From Octopus vulgaris (lineage: Eukaryota): a stretch of 64,000 nucleotides of DNA. Numbering within the stretch: the first letter of the stretch is position 1; every line of letters starts with the position of its first letter. The stretch spans positions 43,338,001 through 43,402,000 of the forward strand of contig OX597815.1 in NCBI GenBank assembly GCA_951406725.2, in the 5' to 3' direction. This document shows positions 42,344 through 55,406 of the stretch, one piece after another. The notes under the pieces were generated by a model. It was not told the DNA's origin and made no database searches. It saw only the letters and a program-made list of their open reading frames with translations. Both the position numbers and the translations under genes were made by a program.

Positions 42344-43250
42344 CACACACACACACACAAACGTATATCTGCATTCAGAGGTAGAGAGGGGTGTGAGAGA
42401 GAGAGAGAGGGAGAGAGAGAGAGAGAGAGAAACAGGGACTGAGAGGACAGATGGAATCCACCAAATGCAGGAAGAAAAAAGGCAAGGAAAACAAAGAAAG
42501 AAATAAAATTGCCCTTGAGAATTAACAAAGCCGTCTGTTGAGTTCGGATGTTGAAAGATCAACCAATCAGCTGCGACGCTCTGCTTGGTGTGCGGAAATC
42601 CTTGTTGTTTGGAGTCGCGTTGGAAGCCTGGCGAGTACCTTTGTCGTCTGGTTTCCCTCCAGTCAGAAACGTTTTACGTGTTAGTCTTTACTTCCCTTTC
42701 CCCCTTTTTATTCCAAGCGCCCGTCTTTATCCATTACTCCAGCAATATTTTCACACACCAGCCAGTTTTTATTTATTTTTTTTTATTTATTATAATATTT
42801 TAATCATCTGTGCCCCTTCCACCACTCACGTCACTCACGTAAGCACACCACTGCTGATGTTTCCATCTATTAGCATTCTCATCAACCATCCCACTACCAC
42901 CACTACCACCACCACCACCACCACCACCACCACCACCACCACCACCACCACCACCACGACTACCTCCACTACCTCTAAGAATATCGTCGACTACAAACAA
43001 CAACAATACACAAGATCCACAACAACAATAACAATAACAATAACAACACTAGCCTCGCAACCTTGCAAAACAACATCACTGTCATCACCATCAACAAAGC
43101 CATAATGCCGTCGTTATCACCCCCATGCTCTATACCGTACCCTTAACACAAACCCCAGACATCCATCATACAAGCTATATGTATGTGTGTGTGCGCGCGA
43201 TGCGTGTACATATATGTGTACACGTGTATATATATATATATGTGTGTGTG

Positions 43251-43321
<71 letters not shown>

Positions 43322-43343
43322 GTATATATCAATATATATATAT

Positions 43344-43402
<59 letters not shown>

Positions 43403-44090
43403 TATACGGCTGTATATGTATATGTATATACATACAGGCGGTATAACCATAAATAATAACAGTAGCATGCTGAAAAATGTGAAAACATAGACATCACCAT
43501 GACAACGATACCTCTCCACTACCATAGCAACGTTTTCACAGACTTACAACGCCACCACATCTATCATGAGTATTTGTCTCCGGTTAAAAACTTGGTCTGT
43601 TCCACAAAGAGAGCAGGCTTTCCCCAGCAGCCGCTGCCAACTGTCTGGAGAGGGGCACACAAAGCGGAAACTAAACAAACCGAATATCCGATGGGAGGTT
43701 ATGATGCGTTAAATAAAAACCCTGGCCTAAGAAGAATGAAAGCATTGTTATTTATATATATTATTTATTCGTTTATTTATTTATTTATTATTATTATTGT
43801 TGTTGTTGTTGTTGCTGTTGTTGTTGTTATGTTGCTTTTTGCTATTGTCATAATTTATATTGCTGCCTGTCGTGGTAAATGCTTTGTTAAAAATGTGAAT
43901 GATGTTTTTCAAAATATAGACACATGTACAGACGCAAACATACGTCATATACACATATATACACACGTACATGCATCGGTACATACACTTAAATCATTGT
44001 CTTTGTACTTGACCAAGGCTATCTCTAAAAATGGATAGCATCAACACTTTCCAGGTTCTAATGGGTGCTCACTCTCTTTCTCTGTCTCAG

Positions 44091-44131
<41 letters not shown>

Positions 44132-44299
44132 CTACCTATCTATCTATCTCTCTATCTCATACACACACACACGCAATTATTTACTTACAATCACACACAC
44201 ACGTGTATACACACAATGCGCTTAAACAGATACACGTACTCACACACCTGCACATACATACACACACTCACAAACGCAGCCACCTTCGTATACTCTATC

Positions 44300-44662
44300 A
44301 CACATGGTTCCGGTTTCAGTCCCACTGCGTGGCACCTTGGGCAAGTGTCTTCTACTATAGCCGCGGGCCGACCAAAGCCTTGTCAGTGGATTTGGTAAAC
44401 AGAAACTGAAAGAAGCCGTCGTATATATTATGTATGTATGTATGTGTGTGTGCATATGTTTGTGTGTCTGTGTTTGTCCCCTCAACATCGCTTGACAACT
44501 GATGCTGGTGTGTTTACGTCCCCGTAACTTAGCGGTTCGGCAAAAGAGACCGATAGAATAAGTACTGGGCTTACAAAGAATAAGTCCCTGGGTCGATTTG
44601 CTCGACTAAAGGCGGTGCTCCAGCATGGCCGCAGTCAAATGACTGAAACAAGTAAAAGAGAA

Positions 44663-44741
<79 letters not shown>

Positions 44742-44833
44742 CTAGGCTTACAAGGGGTTGCTCGACTAAAGGTGGTGCTCCAGCGTGGCCACAGTCAAAG
44801 ACTGAAACAAGTAAAAGATTAAAGAGTAAAGAG
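44300..44833 (+). mobile_element. SINE family A with a second 3'-end copy after a (TA)n tract
   Basis: 44300-44662 is the main copy, and 44740-44833 repeats the tail. Confidence 0.85.
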
Positions 44834-45585
44834 AACAGGCGCAAGATTTCTTAGGCATTATTTCATATCTCTTTATGTTAAATCAACATCTGATATCTAC
44901 ATTTGTATTTTACAATCCATCAAACCAGTTCCTATGTGATCGCTAGATTAATTAGGAATTATTGTCAAGTCTCCTTCATATAGCACTTAGCTGCACTGGA
45001 AAAAAAATATGACAGAGAATAACATAGATAAACTACGCCTGAAAAAATAGAGAGGTCTTTTGATTGTCGATTTTCTCGATCATGGCTAACCTGAAACGAA
45101 ACAATAACAATGTATTTTTATATGTATTAGCAGCTTTTCAATGAAAGCAACTCAGGAATTGTTCACCTCTAAGAATGATACTTAAATTCTCTTTGCAATT
45201 AATTCTTAATTGCTTGATAATTATCTCCCTTGTTTTTCAGAGTCCCGAACACTCAGCCTGCAGATTCTTGCTTTCTCCAACTTACAGGAAAGTTTAGGTT
45301 CATTTAGAATTTTTTACACGAAAGTATTGAATAAGAAGCATGCATTCATTCACTCGCAGTGGATATTATCTTCGAAAATTTTGTCAAGTGCCTCATAGGT
45401 GATCGCACCCAGCGCCCTATCATAGAAAAACAGAGGAAAACTTGTTAAAAAATCTTAACCTTGGCAGCAGGTTATTCGAAAATTCTAGAGAATTAGGAGG
45501 CAAGAGTGGGTTTTGTTCTGTACTAACTTTACCCTATTGCTTTTATTACTGAGTCCTCACACGTCCTCTTAGGTGAGTCAAAATT

Positions 45586-45905
45586 ACGTGCTGAGAACCC
45601 CTTCGGTCATGACTGACCATGGGATTGCACCTAGAAAGTTACTCTCCCAGGCACAAGTCCGGGTAAGGTTGTTTTATGGAAGACCAGCAGTTACCCATGC
45701 ATACCGGCCTCCCCTCTCCACGCCACCAGTGTTATCCAAGGGAAAGGCAAAGGCCGATTCAGTGACGTGGCAACACATTTCTACAGCTGAGTGAACTGAG
45801 CAACATGAAATAAAGTGTCTTGCTCAAGAACACAACACGCAGCCCTGTCCGGGATTCGAACTCACAACCTCACGATGCTCTAACCACTGAGCCATGCGTC
45901 TTCAC
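45586..45905 (-). mobile_element. SINE family C
   Basis: Reverse copy of the 4098-4436 family. TSD-like CAAAATTA. A decayed relative lies at ~31740-31990. Confidence 0.8.
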
Positions 45906-46064
45906 AAAATTATCTATGCACATGTAAAGATATATGTGTGTGTGTGCGTATGCACACACACATATTATGTAAGTATATGTATACTTACGTATGTATAATA
46001 TATACATACACACGCGCACACATACACACACATATGTATGTTTGTATGTATGTATGTATGTATG

Positions 46065-46098
<34 letters not shown>

Positions 46099-46379
46099 TG
46101 TATGTATGTATGTATGTATGTATGTATAAACATGTCTCGATAGTAATGGCGCAAAACCACTATGATATTTTGAGTCATGGATTGACAAGGAAAACTAAGC
46201 AGCGAATATTCCGTGTTTCGTATCTTTATCTAAATTTCCCGTCCGTTAAGTTTTCGTCTAGTTTCCCGCTTGCTCTCCTTTTGTCTAACTTTTTCTCCTT
46301 GTTTTGTTCTTTCTGTTCAACCCTTGATACATCCATGTAGCGCAATACACGCACACTCTGTTCGTTTATATATACATGC

Positions 46380-46449
<70 letters not shown>

Positions 46450-46945
46450 ATAACACTCAATTAAAGTGTGTTGGAATGGAAGACACGTTACCAGATGATC
46501 TGGGCTCGGTTATCAGTTCCAGACTCCACTCTTATTCTCCACTCTGTGTGATATGGCGGGTCAGTCTCGCGTGTCGAGTTCAAGCCACGTTATTTAGTAA
46601 TAAAATAACACAGAAAACATAATTGGTATTTCCAAGTTTATACAAAACTTAAAATATCAGTTACATATATAAATGTAAATACACACACATAAATGCACGC
46701 ACGCACCTCCACACCCATTTTTCAAACACGCTTTTATACGCACGCATAAATAATTATGTGGACTGGTCTGTGTATGAATACACATCAAAATAGTTCTCTT
46801 TTAATAAGCATCCTGGTAAAAATAATTATATAAACAGAACAACAGAAAGGCACGCGTTTCAGTGCAAATATATTCATAAATGAAAAAACACACATACATA
46901 CCTTCATACATGCATGCATAAATGCATACATACATACATGCAAAT

Positions 46946-46976
<31 letters not shown>

Positions 46977-47115
46977 CATACATATATACATACATACATA
47001 TAAACATACATACATACAAATGTACATACATTCGTACATACATACAAACATACATGCATGCATTCATACGTACATACATACATAACTGTATATATGCATA
47101 CATGTGTATATATAC

Positions 47116-47177
<62 letters not shown>

Positions 47178-47731
47178 ACGTGTATATATACTCATATATA
47201 TATATGTATATGTGTGTGTGTGTAAGCACATTATACATGGACATACATATTTATAAACAGCTAATTCGTTTTACACTTCTGTGGCCACTTCCGCGGTAAT
47301 TTCGTTTCGCCTAGCTCTGAAGTATACTGTATATTTTAACACAATACGGCAAACTTTCTCCATCTCCATTATATGGTTCTTCGACGAAGAATTAATGAAC
47401 GCACTGTAGGACCAAAACCATTGTCTTTGTGCACATGTGGTGTTAGGAAAACATAGCTTGCATTTTTGCGACTTCCTGTTGATGTATTATTTATGTTTTA
47501 GTGGAAGACTGCATCCGTTGCCGCCTGGTAAACGTGCTGATTCCAAGGTACTTCTGTATTTTGATACTCTATCTCTAAACTGCTTCCTTCGTTGTGTAAT
47601 GCCCCTATTTGTAAAAGATCACTACACTTCAAATAAGAAACCAAAAGACCAATATATCCTAATTCATAGTGATCCCAACAACACTATTCTATATGACCCA
47701 TGCTGGTAGCCCAATATTAGCGCGCGCGCGG

Positions 47732-47775
<44 letters not shown>

Positions 47776-47971
47776 TCTTTTACTCCTTCAGTCATTTGAC
47801 TTTTTCAGTTATTTGACGCAGCCATGGTGGAGCACCGCCTTTAATGCAACAAATCCGACTCAGGACTTATTCTTTGTAAGCCTAGTACTTATTCTATCGG
47901 TATTTATGGTCAAAACGCTCAGCTATGGGGACGTAAACACAGACATACAAATACATACATACATACGTATG

Positions 47972-48015
<44 letters not shown>

Positions 48016-48148
48016 AAAATAGTAAAGTGTGAAAAAACGACAGAAGGCTTAAATGTTAAAAGATATATATATTTGTGTCAAAATGTCTGGAGAATATTGG
48101 AAAAATTTTTTTTCCTTTCCTTAAAATGACATAATTTTTAAATTTTTA

Positions 48149-48188
48149 AAGAAATTACCGGTTTCGCGTGTAGCTTTTCAAATTTCTT
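48149..48188 (-). ncRNA. Mirror copy of the U3:A8 minimal hammerhead ribozyme
   Basis: Exact reverse complement of 50336-50375. Confidence 0.75.
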
Positions 48189-48322
48189 GTGACGTTATGT
48201 TTATATTGCATGGATTTATCGTTGTTTTTATTTCCAGGAGATTTCTAAATAAGGGGAGGTAGTGAGTGATTTTTCCGGTGTAGGGGAGATAATCGCTTAA
48301 AAATTTTTTTCCCATTTCCTTG

Positions 48323-49258
48323 TTAATTTCTCTGTGTCAGTATGTTCGGATGGTTGAGTCTGGGTTTGTACTTTTCAATGAAGAATGTTTCCTTGTTCAG
48401 TCTCATTTGTGTTGATGATCCGAAAGCACATTGGTAAAATGGGAAGATTAAAAATTGTGGCAGTAGTTGCTTTGCGCATTTCTCAATGTGCTCACTAAAA
48501 GGTATCATTCTATATTCTGGGAATGCAATCTGTTGTCGATGCAGTGTGCATCTGCGCCTGAGTGATAGTCCCGTGGAACCCACGTAGTCTTGGTGGCAGC
48601 CCGAGCATTTAATAACATAAATTATGTTTTCAGAGGCACAAGTAAAGTTAGATTTGATCTTAAATTTCTGTCCTTCTTTAAAGAAGAATTCTGATCCTTC
48701 CAATAGGTTAGGACATGTTGCACAGTTCGATCTACCACATTTTTTTACTTTTGCATCCGTAATTTTAGAAGACAATTTTGCCTTTGTGAGAATCTTTTTA
48801 AGTGATTTAGGCTGTTTGTAGCTTTTAATGATTTGGTGTATGTTTAGAATTTCCCTTAATTTTGGGTTTTTATGAAGTATTGGTAAATTCTGGGTGATGA
48901 TGGTGAAGGCTTCTTTGTTTCTGGGGTTGTATGTAGATATGTAAGGTAGTATTTTCGGGGAAGGTGTGTTGTTGTGTTGAACTTTTCTTAAAGTTTCTAT
49001 GTTGATTTCTGTTGCACGTCTGATCCCATCCTCTATGAGTTGAGCTGGGTAATGTCTGTCAATTAGGGTGTTTTGAGTTCTTGCAGTCTAAAGTTCCTGG
49101 TATTTTGTTCTGACACTATTGTGCATATCCTTCTTGCAAGGTTGAAGGGTATGTTTGTTTTAGTGTGTCTTGGGTGGCATGAATTAAAAAGAAGGTATTG
49201 TTTGGCGTCTGTGGCTTTGTAAAAAATGTCTGTTTCTATTTTAAGGTTAATTTTTTTT
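48323..49258 (-). pseudogene. Inverted second copy of the PLE thumb/GIY-YIG ORF
   Basis: The 48323..48775 ORF is identical to the C-terminal 150 aa of 49407..50201. This copy has its own 1-nt homopolymer frameshift near 49071. Confidence 0.88.
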
Positions 49259-49406
49259 AATTAATTAAAAAAATTAACCTTAAAATAGAAACAGACATTT
49301 TTTACAAAGCCACAGACGCCAAACAATACCTTCTTTTAATTCATGCCACCCAAGACACACTAAAACAAACATACCCTTCAACCTTGCAAGAAGGATATGC
49401 ACAATA

Positions 49407-50201
49407 GTGTCAGAACAAAATACCAGGAACTTTAGACTGCAAGAACTCAAAAACACCCTAATTGACAGACATTACCCAGCTCAACTCATAGAGGATGGGA
49501 TCAGACGTGCAACAGAAATCAACATAGAAACTTTAAGAAAAGTTCAACACAACAACACACCTTCCCCGAAAATACTACCTTACATATCTACATACAACCC
49601 CAGAAACAAAGAAGCCTTCACCATCATCACCCAGAATTTACCAATACTTCATAAAAACCCAAAATTAAGGGAAATTCTAAACATACACCAAATCATTAAA
49701 AGCTACAAACAGCCTAAATCACTTAAAAAGATTCTCACAAAGGCAAAATTGTCTTCTAAAATTACGGATGCAAAAGTAAAAAAATGTGGTAGATCGAACT
49801 GTGCAACATGTCCTAACCTATTGGAAGGATCAGAATTCTTCTTTAAAGAAGGACAGAAATTTAAGATCAAATCTAACTTTACTTGTGCCTCTGAAAACAT
49901 AATTTATGTTATTAAATGCTCGGGCTGCCACCAAGACTACGTGGGTTCCACGGGACTATCACTCAGGCGCAGATGCACACTGCATCGACAACAGATTGCA
50001 TTCCCAGAATATAGAATGATACCTTTTAGTGAGCACATTGAGAAATGCGCAAAGCAACTACTGCCACAATTTTTAATCTTCCCATTTTACCAATGTGCTT
50101 TCGGATCATCAACACAAATGAGACTGAACAAGGAAACATTCTTCATTGAAAAGTACAAACCCAGACTCAACCATCCGAACATACTGACACAGAGAAATTA
50201 A
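49407..50201 (+). CDS. C-terminal part of PLE polyprotein: RT thumb, Cys-rich linker, GIY-YIG endonuclease (5'-truncated)
   Basis: The ORF contains CGRSNCATC, FTCASENIIYVIKCSGCHQDYVGSTG (GIY-YIG as IIY..YVG), LRRR, EH, KETFFIE and PRLN. Upstream, across a 1-nt homopolymer frameshift, it reads ETDIFYKATDAKQYLLF-NSCHPRHTKTNIPFNLARRICTIVS, a typical PLE RT thumb. Confidence 0.9.
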   Translation: MSEQNTRNFRLQELKNTLIDRHYPAQLIEDGIRRATEINIETLRKVQHNNTPSPKILPYISTYNPRNKEAFTIITQNLPILHKNPKLREILNIHQIIKSYKQPKSLKKILTKAKLSSKITDAKVKKCGRSNCATCPNLLEGSEFFFKEGQKFKIKSNFTCASENIIYVIKCSGCHQDYVGSTGLSLRRRCTLHRQQIAFPEYRMIPFSEHIEKCAKQLLPQFLIFPFYQCAFGSSTQMRLNKETFFIEKYKPRLNHPNILTQRN

Positions 50202-50335
50202 CAAGGAAATGGGAAAAAAATTTTTAAGCGATTATCTCCCCTACACCGGAAAAATCACTCACTACCTCCCCTTATTTAGAAATCTCCTGGAAATAAAAAC
50301 AACGATAAATCCATGCAATATAAACATAACGTCAC

Positions 50336-50375
50336 AAGAAATTTGAAAAGCTACACGCGAAACCGGTAATTTCTT
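50336..50375 (+). ncRNA. Minimal type I hammerhead ribozyme, U3:A8 core variant (PLE 3' UTR)
   Basis: AAGAAAT [TTGAAAA] GC-tacac-GC [GAAA] CCGG [TA] ATTTCTT. This gives a perfect 7-bp stem I, a 2-bp stem II, a palindromic stem III (ACCGGT) and a GUA cleavage triplet. Confidence 0.75.
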
Positions 50376-50549
50376 TAAAAATTTAAAAATTATGTCATTT
50401 TAAGGAAAGGAAAAAAATTTTTCCAATATTCTCCAGACATTTTGACACAAATATATATATCTTTTAACATTTAAGCCTTCTGTCGTTTTTTCACACTTTA
50501 CTATTTTCTTATATATTCACCCACGTGCTTTACCAAACAAACTTTCTTA

Positions 50550-50601
<52 letters not shown>

Positions 50602-53036
50602 CATACGTATCTATGTATGTATATATACTTTCATACTTCATACTTTTATACTTTCATACGTTCATACTTTCTGGGTCAATAAAATAAGTATCAGTTGAAA
50701 ATTGGGCACCCCTCCCCGAAACTGCTAGTCTTGTGCCAAAATTTGAAACAAATATTTTTAACATAGGCTCAAGGGCAGAAATTTTGGAGGGTGAAACAGT
50801 TAGCCCTAGCACTTGCCTGGTAATTTATTTTTTCTTGATATCGTTAGTCATTTTGTCCGACACTCGTTAGATTGTCGGACAAATTGACAGTCCACCGCCT
50901 TATACCACCGAAGAAATGATTACTCGAAGAGTTATAACAATAGATACATAGTGACAATGACAATAACTACAGTAACAATGGCAACAGCTTATAATAAACC
51001 AAGAGACCAGCAACCAATATAACAAGCAACAATGATTTTTATTGTCAATAGCACAAGGTGAGTACTGTGACGTACATTAGAATAAGTATGTAATTATATT
51101 AGAATAATAGCATTACTGATAGTGTTTTTATCAACCTGTATATAGTGAAAGGTAAATTCGACCTTGAAAGTTGAAACGTAAAGCAGAAAATTAGATGAGA
51201 TTAGGCATTTGGTCTGGTGTCTCTCGTCCTGTATTATACAGATTTATCATATGAATCTGATGGCCTTACTGTCTAATACAATGATTTCCCATATTAGTAC
51301 AAATCCACAAATTTATAAAGGAAAGGGTTTAAAGTAGACTGATATTGACGCCAGTACATAAATGATAACTGAGACCAGAAAGATATAATGCAAAATCACT
51401 ATCGAAGTTACTTGAACTTATTCTTAGAAGCACGGACCTTCCAAATAATTTGTCTGGCGCTTCGCAGCTTCTTCCCCACTATCTTCCAATAACTATCATC
51501 CAATAATCCTAGCAATAAACATGCCTAAGACATAATAATAATGATGATTTCATACTTTTGTATTCTATTTCCTTTACTAATTCCTCCAGTGTACTGGATC
51601 TGATGTTTGCTTAACATCAAACACCACACGGCAATGATGATATCAGAGATACCCTGCATTTCAAAATGATGGACGTTTGTTCTAGTTTGCAAGCTTATCC
51701 TTTGCTTTCACTAATACTGTAGGCATATTTTAAAGAATGATGAATGGTGTAATTATCAACAGTGATATCAGAGGAGTTCGCACCTAATCTCGACAATATT
51801 GTCGTTGGCAAAAATACAATGAGAAGTTAGCTCAGTTTATTTCAATTACTAAGAGACTCAACATTACATAGAACAATGACAAATATTTTCTGTATCAAAC
51901 ATTGAATTATTACTTAGAGGATTAAACAGAAAATGGATCTTAGCAACTTGACCCGGAAAGATTGAATCTTCTCGATCATTACGCGCCTCTTAACAATCCT
52001 TTACAACCCCAATGACCACTAGGTTAGTTTAGTTACTATTCTAAGAGTGTCCTTTTCTCGGCTCGGATTTAACCTGCTCCATTGCAAAAAAGACACCTAG
52101 ATATTATTTACTTGTTTAAAACTTCAATATTTAATGACTTTCTATTTTTACTTCGAGCCACTATAAGCTGAGACTGGGGATTCTGGAATTCTAAAGTGGA
52201 ATGTGACTATTATAGAAAATGTTAGAGAAAGGAAACTTCTTTTTATTTCGAGGTTAATATACATCACCTACTACTGATCAACAAAACTTTTCACTTCTAA
52301 TTAGTTGCGAAAGCAGGGGAAAAACGAAGAATGAAAGCAATCTTCGTTGGCACATAGAATTACCGCTTTACATTTACGATAGCTTTACATTTACGATAGT
52401 CAAACATCTGTAATCTCAGATTTGCAAAAGCTGGTATGTCATCCTTGATGTACCTCAATTATAGCAGTATATCAGATCAGAACTAAGACATGCCTTTTAT
52501 CTTCGATAAAGCTATATATATGGAGGGAAAAGAGCTTATGTCCTATACGTCTCATGGTCGGAAATGAAAACCACACTTTTATCATCCTCCTCCCGCCAAA
52601 CAAAAAAAGAACACACACTGGTTTGGGTGTCTTGTGTCAACTTCAAAAGCTTTCTTCAAAATGAACACTTGTGGATATAGATGAAGACTCAAGATTTTCA
52701 TTTATAATGGTGTACAAATAACCCATCATATCAACCATAGACTATGGTAGTCCTACCTGGACATCATTTCTCCGCAACAAACTACAATTAAACTATAAAG
52801 AACAGAAAACAGTGCACACTCTGATACTAATTACACAAAGAAACAACAATATTAAAAAGTGAAAGACCACGTAGACATGCAAAGAACACAGTTGCTTTCG
52901 CAGCAAGCCTCAACCTCATAACCTCTGCCAGTGCATGAAAAATCATTCCAAATTCCCAGACCAATATACACCAACCCAGAGCACTACAACAACATCCTAA
53001 AAATAATATCATTTGTTTGTGAATATTTGCCACTGA

Positions 53037-53236
53037 TGAAGACGGCGAGCTGGCAGAAACGTTAGCAGGCCGGGCGAAATGCTTAGCGGCATTTTGTCTG
53101 CCTTTACATCCTGAGTTCAAATTCCGCAAAGGTCGACTTTACCTTTCATAGGTTAAGTACCAGTTGCATATTGAGGTCCATCTAATCGACTGGCTCCCTC
53201 CTCCAAAATTTCGGGCCTTGTGCTTAGAGTAGAAAA
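53037..53236 (+). mobile_element. SINE family B with 16-bp TSD
   Basis: TSD GAATATTTGCCACTGA at 53021-53036 and 53237-53252. Confidence 0.85.
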
Positions 53237-54721
53237 GAATATTTGCCACTGACGGTCAGAAAAAAAAAAACAGAAATCTAGATTTAGCAATTCCACCATC
53301 GCTACTGGACACTTTTCACCTGATTCTGATATGCTTTTGTGCATTTTAGCATTATACGTGTATACGAGATGCTATCTCGAGAGGAATATCGCAATTCTGT
53401 GGCCTTCTACCGCATATCCACGATAAGTTATCAATCAATTCTACTCTGCCCAGATACGCATAACTGTATCCAAGGCAGTGAAATAGCTTCAGCATCAACA
53501 GCTTCATTGACCGTGCACACTGTGCTGATATGCAATACGAGTAGCGTAACTGCAACTATTGCACTCCAAACCAATCCCCTACAGCCGCCTTCTTTGCAGT
53601 TAAGAATCTACGGGCGTACAGGAATAGATTGGACAATGAAGAGACTGCCGTATAGCCAGATTTCCACACTACACTCCAGTATGATTGATCACTGTATGTC
53701 GGAGTATTAAGGGTCTCGGCTAGGAAGTGATATGCTATAACAAGGAAGATGTATCTGACGACGATAGCTTGTCTTTAGGCTTGGGGGTTACACAACAATA
53801 ACGCTGCAAAAGCAACAAAAACAAGCAAAAAGATTCATTATAACAAGCAAAAACAACAAAGCGTAAATCAATCAAGCAAGCCGAAAAAAAAAGTCAAGCG
53901 TATGAAACAAGTAAAAATAACAAAGAGACAAAAATCATAAAATCCACACAAATACATCCTACCTCCTACACCTTCCCCCCCACCCCGCAAACAAACACGA
54001 GAACATCACAACACGACCAACAATCACAGCAACAATGGAGATGTTAAGCAACAAAGATATCAGCACCGCCACCAACACCACCACCACCACCACTACCACC
54101 AACACCACCACCATCAACACCACCACCATCGCCAGTAGCATTTACAGTAGCGAGCAATACTATCAAGGACGAAATAACGGCTAACAACAAACGTAACATT
54201 ATATATAAGTTGAACACCTTCCCTCACTAGCACCAGCACCACCAGCCCCATAACATATCACACACACACACATGTACACACACACACACATGCAAGCACA
54301 CATACACATTCACATTGCCGCAAAGCCTCTCGTTTCTACTATTATATTACTACTCGACAGTTACGCGTACAACTCTTACACAGATATACCTATATATAGA
54401 CTAAATCAGGATTTCTACTTTGGTTTGTTTTCGTTTTGGTTTTCGTTTCCTTCTTTGTTTTCTCGTTCTTAATTTCTTTCCTTATTTTGTTTATCTTTTA
54501 TTTTATTTTATTTCCTTTTATTTTTTTTTTTAGCATCATTATTTTCATCATATTCATTTCTTAAACTTGACCGTGAAAAACAGAGAAAGGAAAGTGAATA
54601 GAAGGCAGGTGCCACCCCACCCGTTCTTTGCCACTCTACCCAGAGTCATGGAGGGAGAAGGAGGAGGAGGATGGAGGAGGTTAGAGGAGGTTAGAGGAGA
54701 TAAAGGATCACAGCTTTGTAG

Positions 54722-54758
<37 letters not shown>

Positions 54759-54962
54759 GTTCAATAAAGTCAGGGATTGGTTGGTGGGTTTCTGTATATT
54801 TGTTTACTTATTTGTTTGTTTGGTTGGTTGGTTGGTTGGACGGATAGTTTGGATGGGGGGGGGGGGAGAATGAGCAGGAGAAAAGAAACAAAGAGAAATC
54901 AGCTCCCTTCCTTTGCAAAACTCCAGTTGAATTTACCGAACAGACAGAATAAGAATATATAA

Positions 54963-55000
<38 letters not shown>

Positions 55001-55205
55001 ATGCACATATATATATATATATATATACATACACACACATATATGAACATATACATATGAACGTGTGAACGTGTGTGTATATATATATATATACCTATAT
55101 ATATATACACAGATATATTCTTTTATTCTTTTACTTGTTTCAGTCATTTGACTGCGGCCACGGTGCAGCACCGCCTTATATATGTATGTATGTATATATA
55201 TATAT

Positions 55206-55247
<42 letters not shown>

Positions 55248-55278
55248 TTGTGTGTGTGTGTGTGTAGATATATAGATA

Positions 55279-55342
<64 letters not shown>

Positions 55343-55374
55343 GATAGATAGATATATAGATATATATATGTATG

Positions 55375-55406
<32 letters not shown>

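Larger units (their letters stand above)
48007..50551. mobile_element. Penelope-like retroelement (Neptune-type), 5'-truncated, present as two inverted copies forming a ~2.5 kb palindrome inserted in (TA)n
   Basis: 48007-49262 is the reverse complement of 49263-50516, centred on AATTAATT at 49259-49266. The right arm has an extra ~35 bp tail (50517-50551). The arms encode a PLE RT thumb, a Cys linker and GIY-YIG, and carry a hammerhead in the 3' UTR. Confidence 0.93.

Noticed and set aside
50848-50887. 15-bp stem hairpin
   Set aside because: It lies within a decayed family B SINE and is probably a local fold-back with no evidence of function.
53339-53790. GC-richer stretch with a 123-aa ORF
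   Set aside because: I recognise no motif. It may be an old LINE fragment but cannot be assigned without a search.
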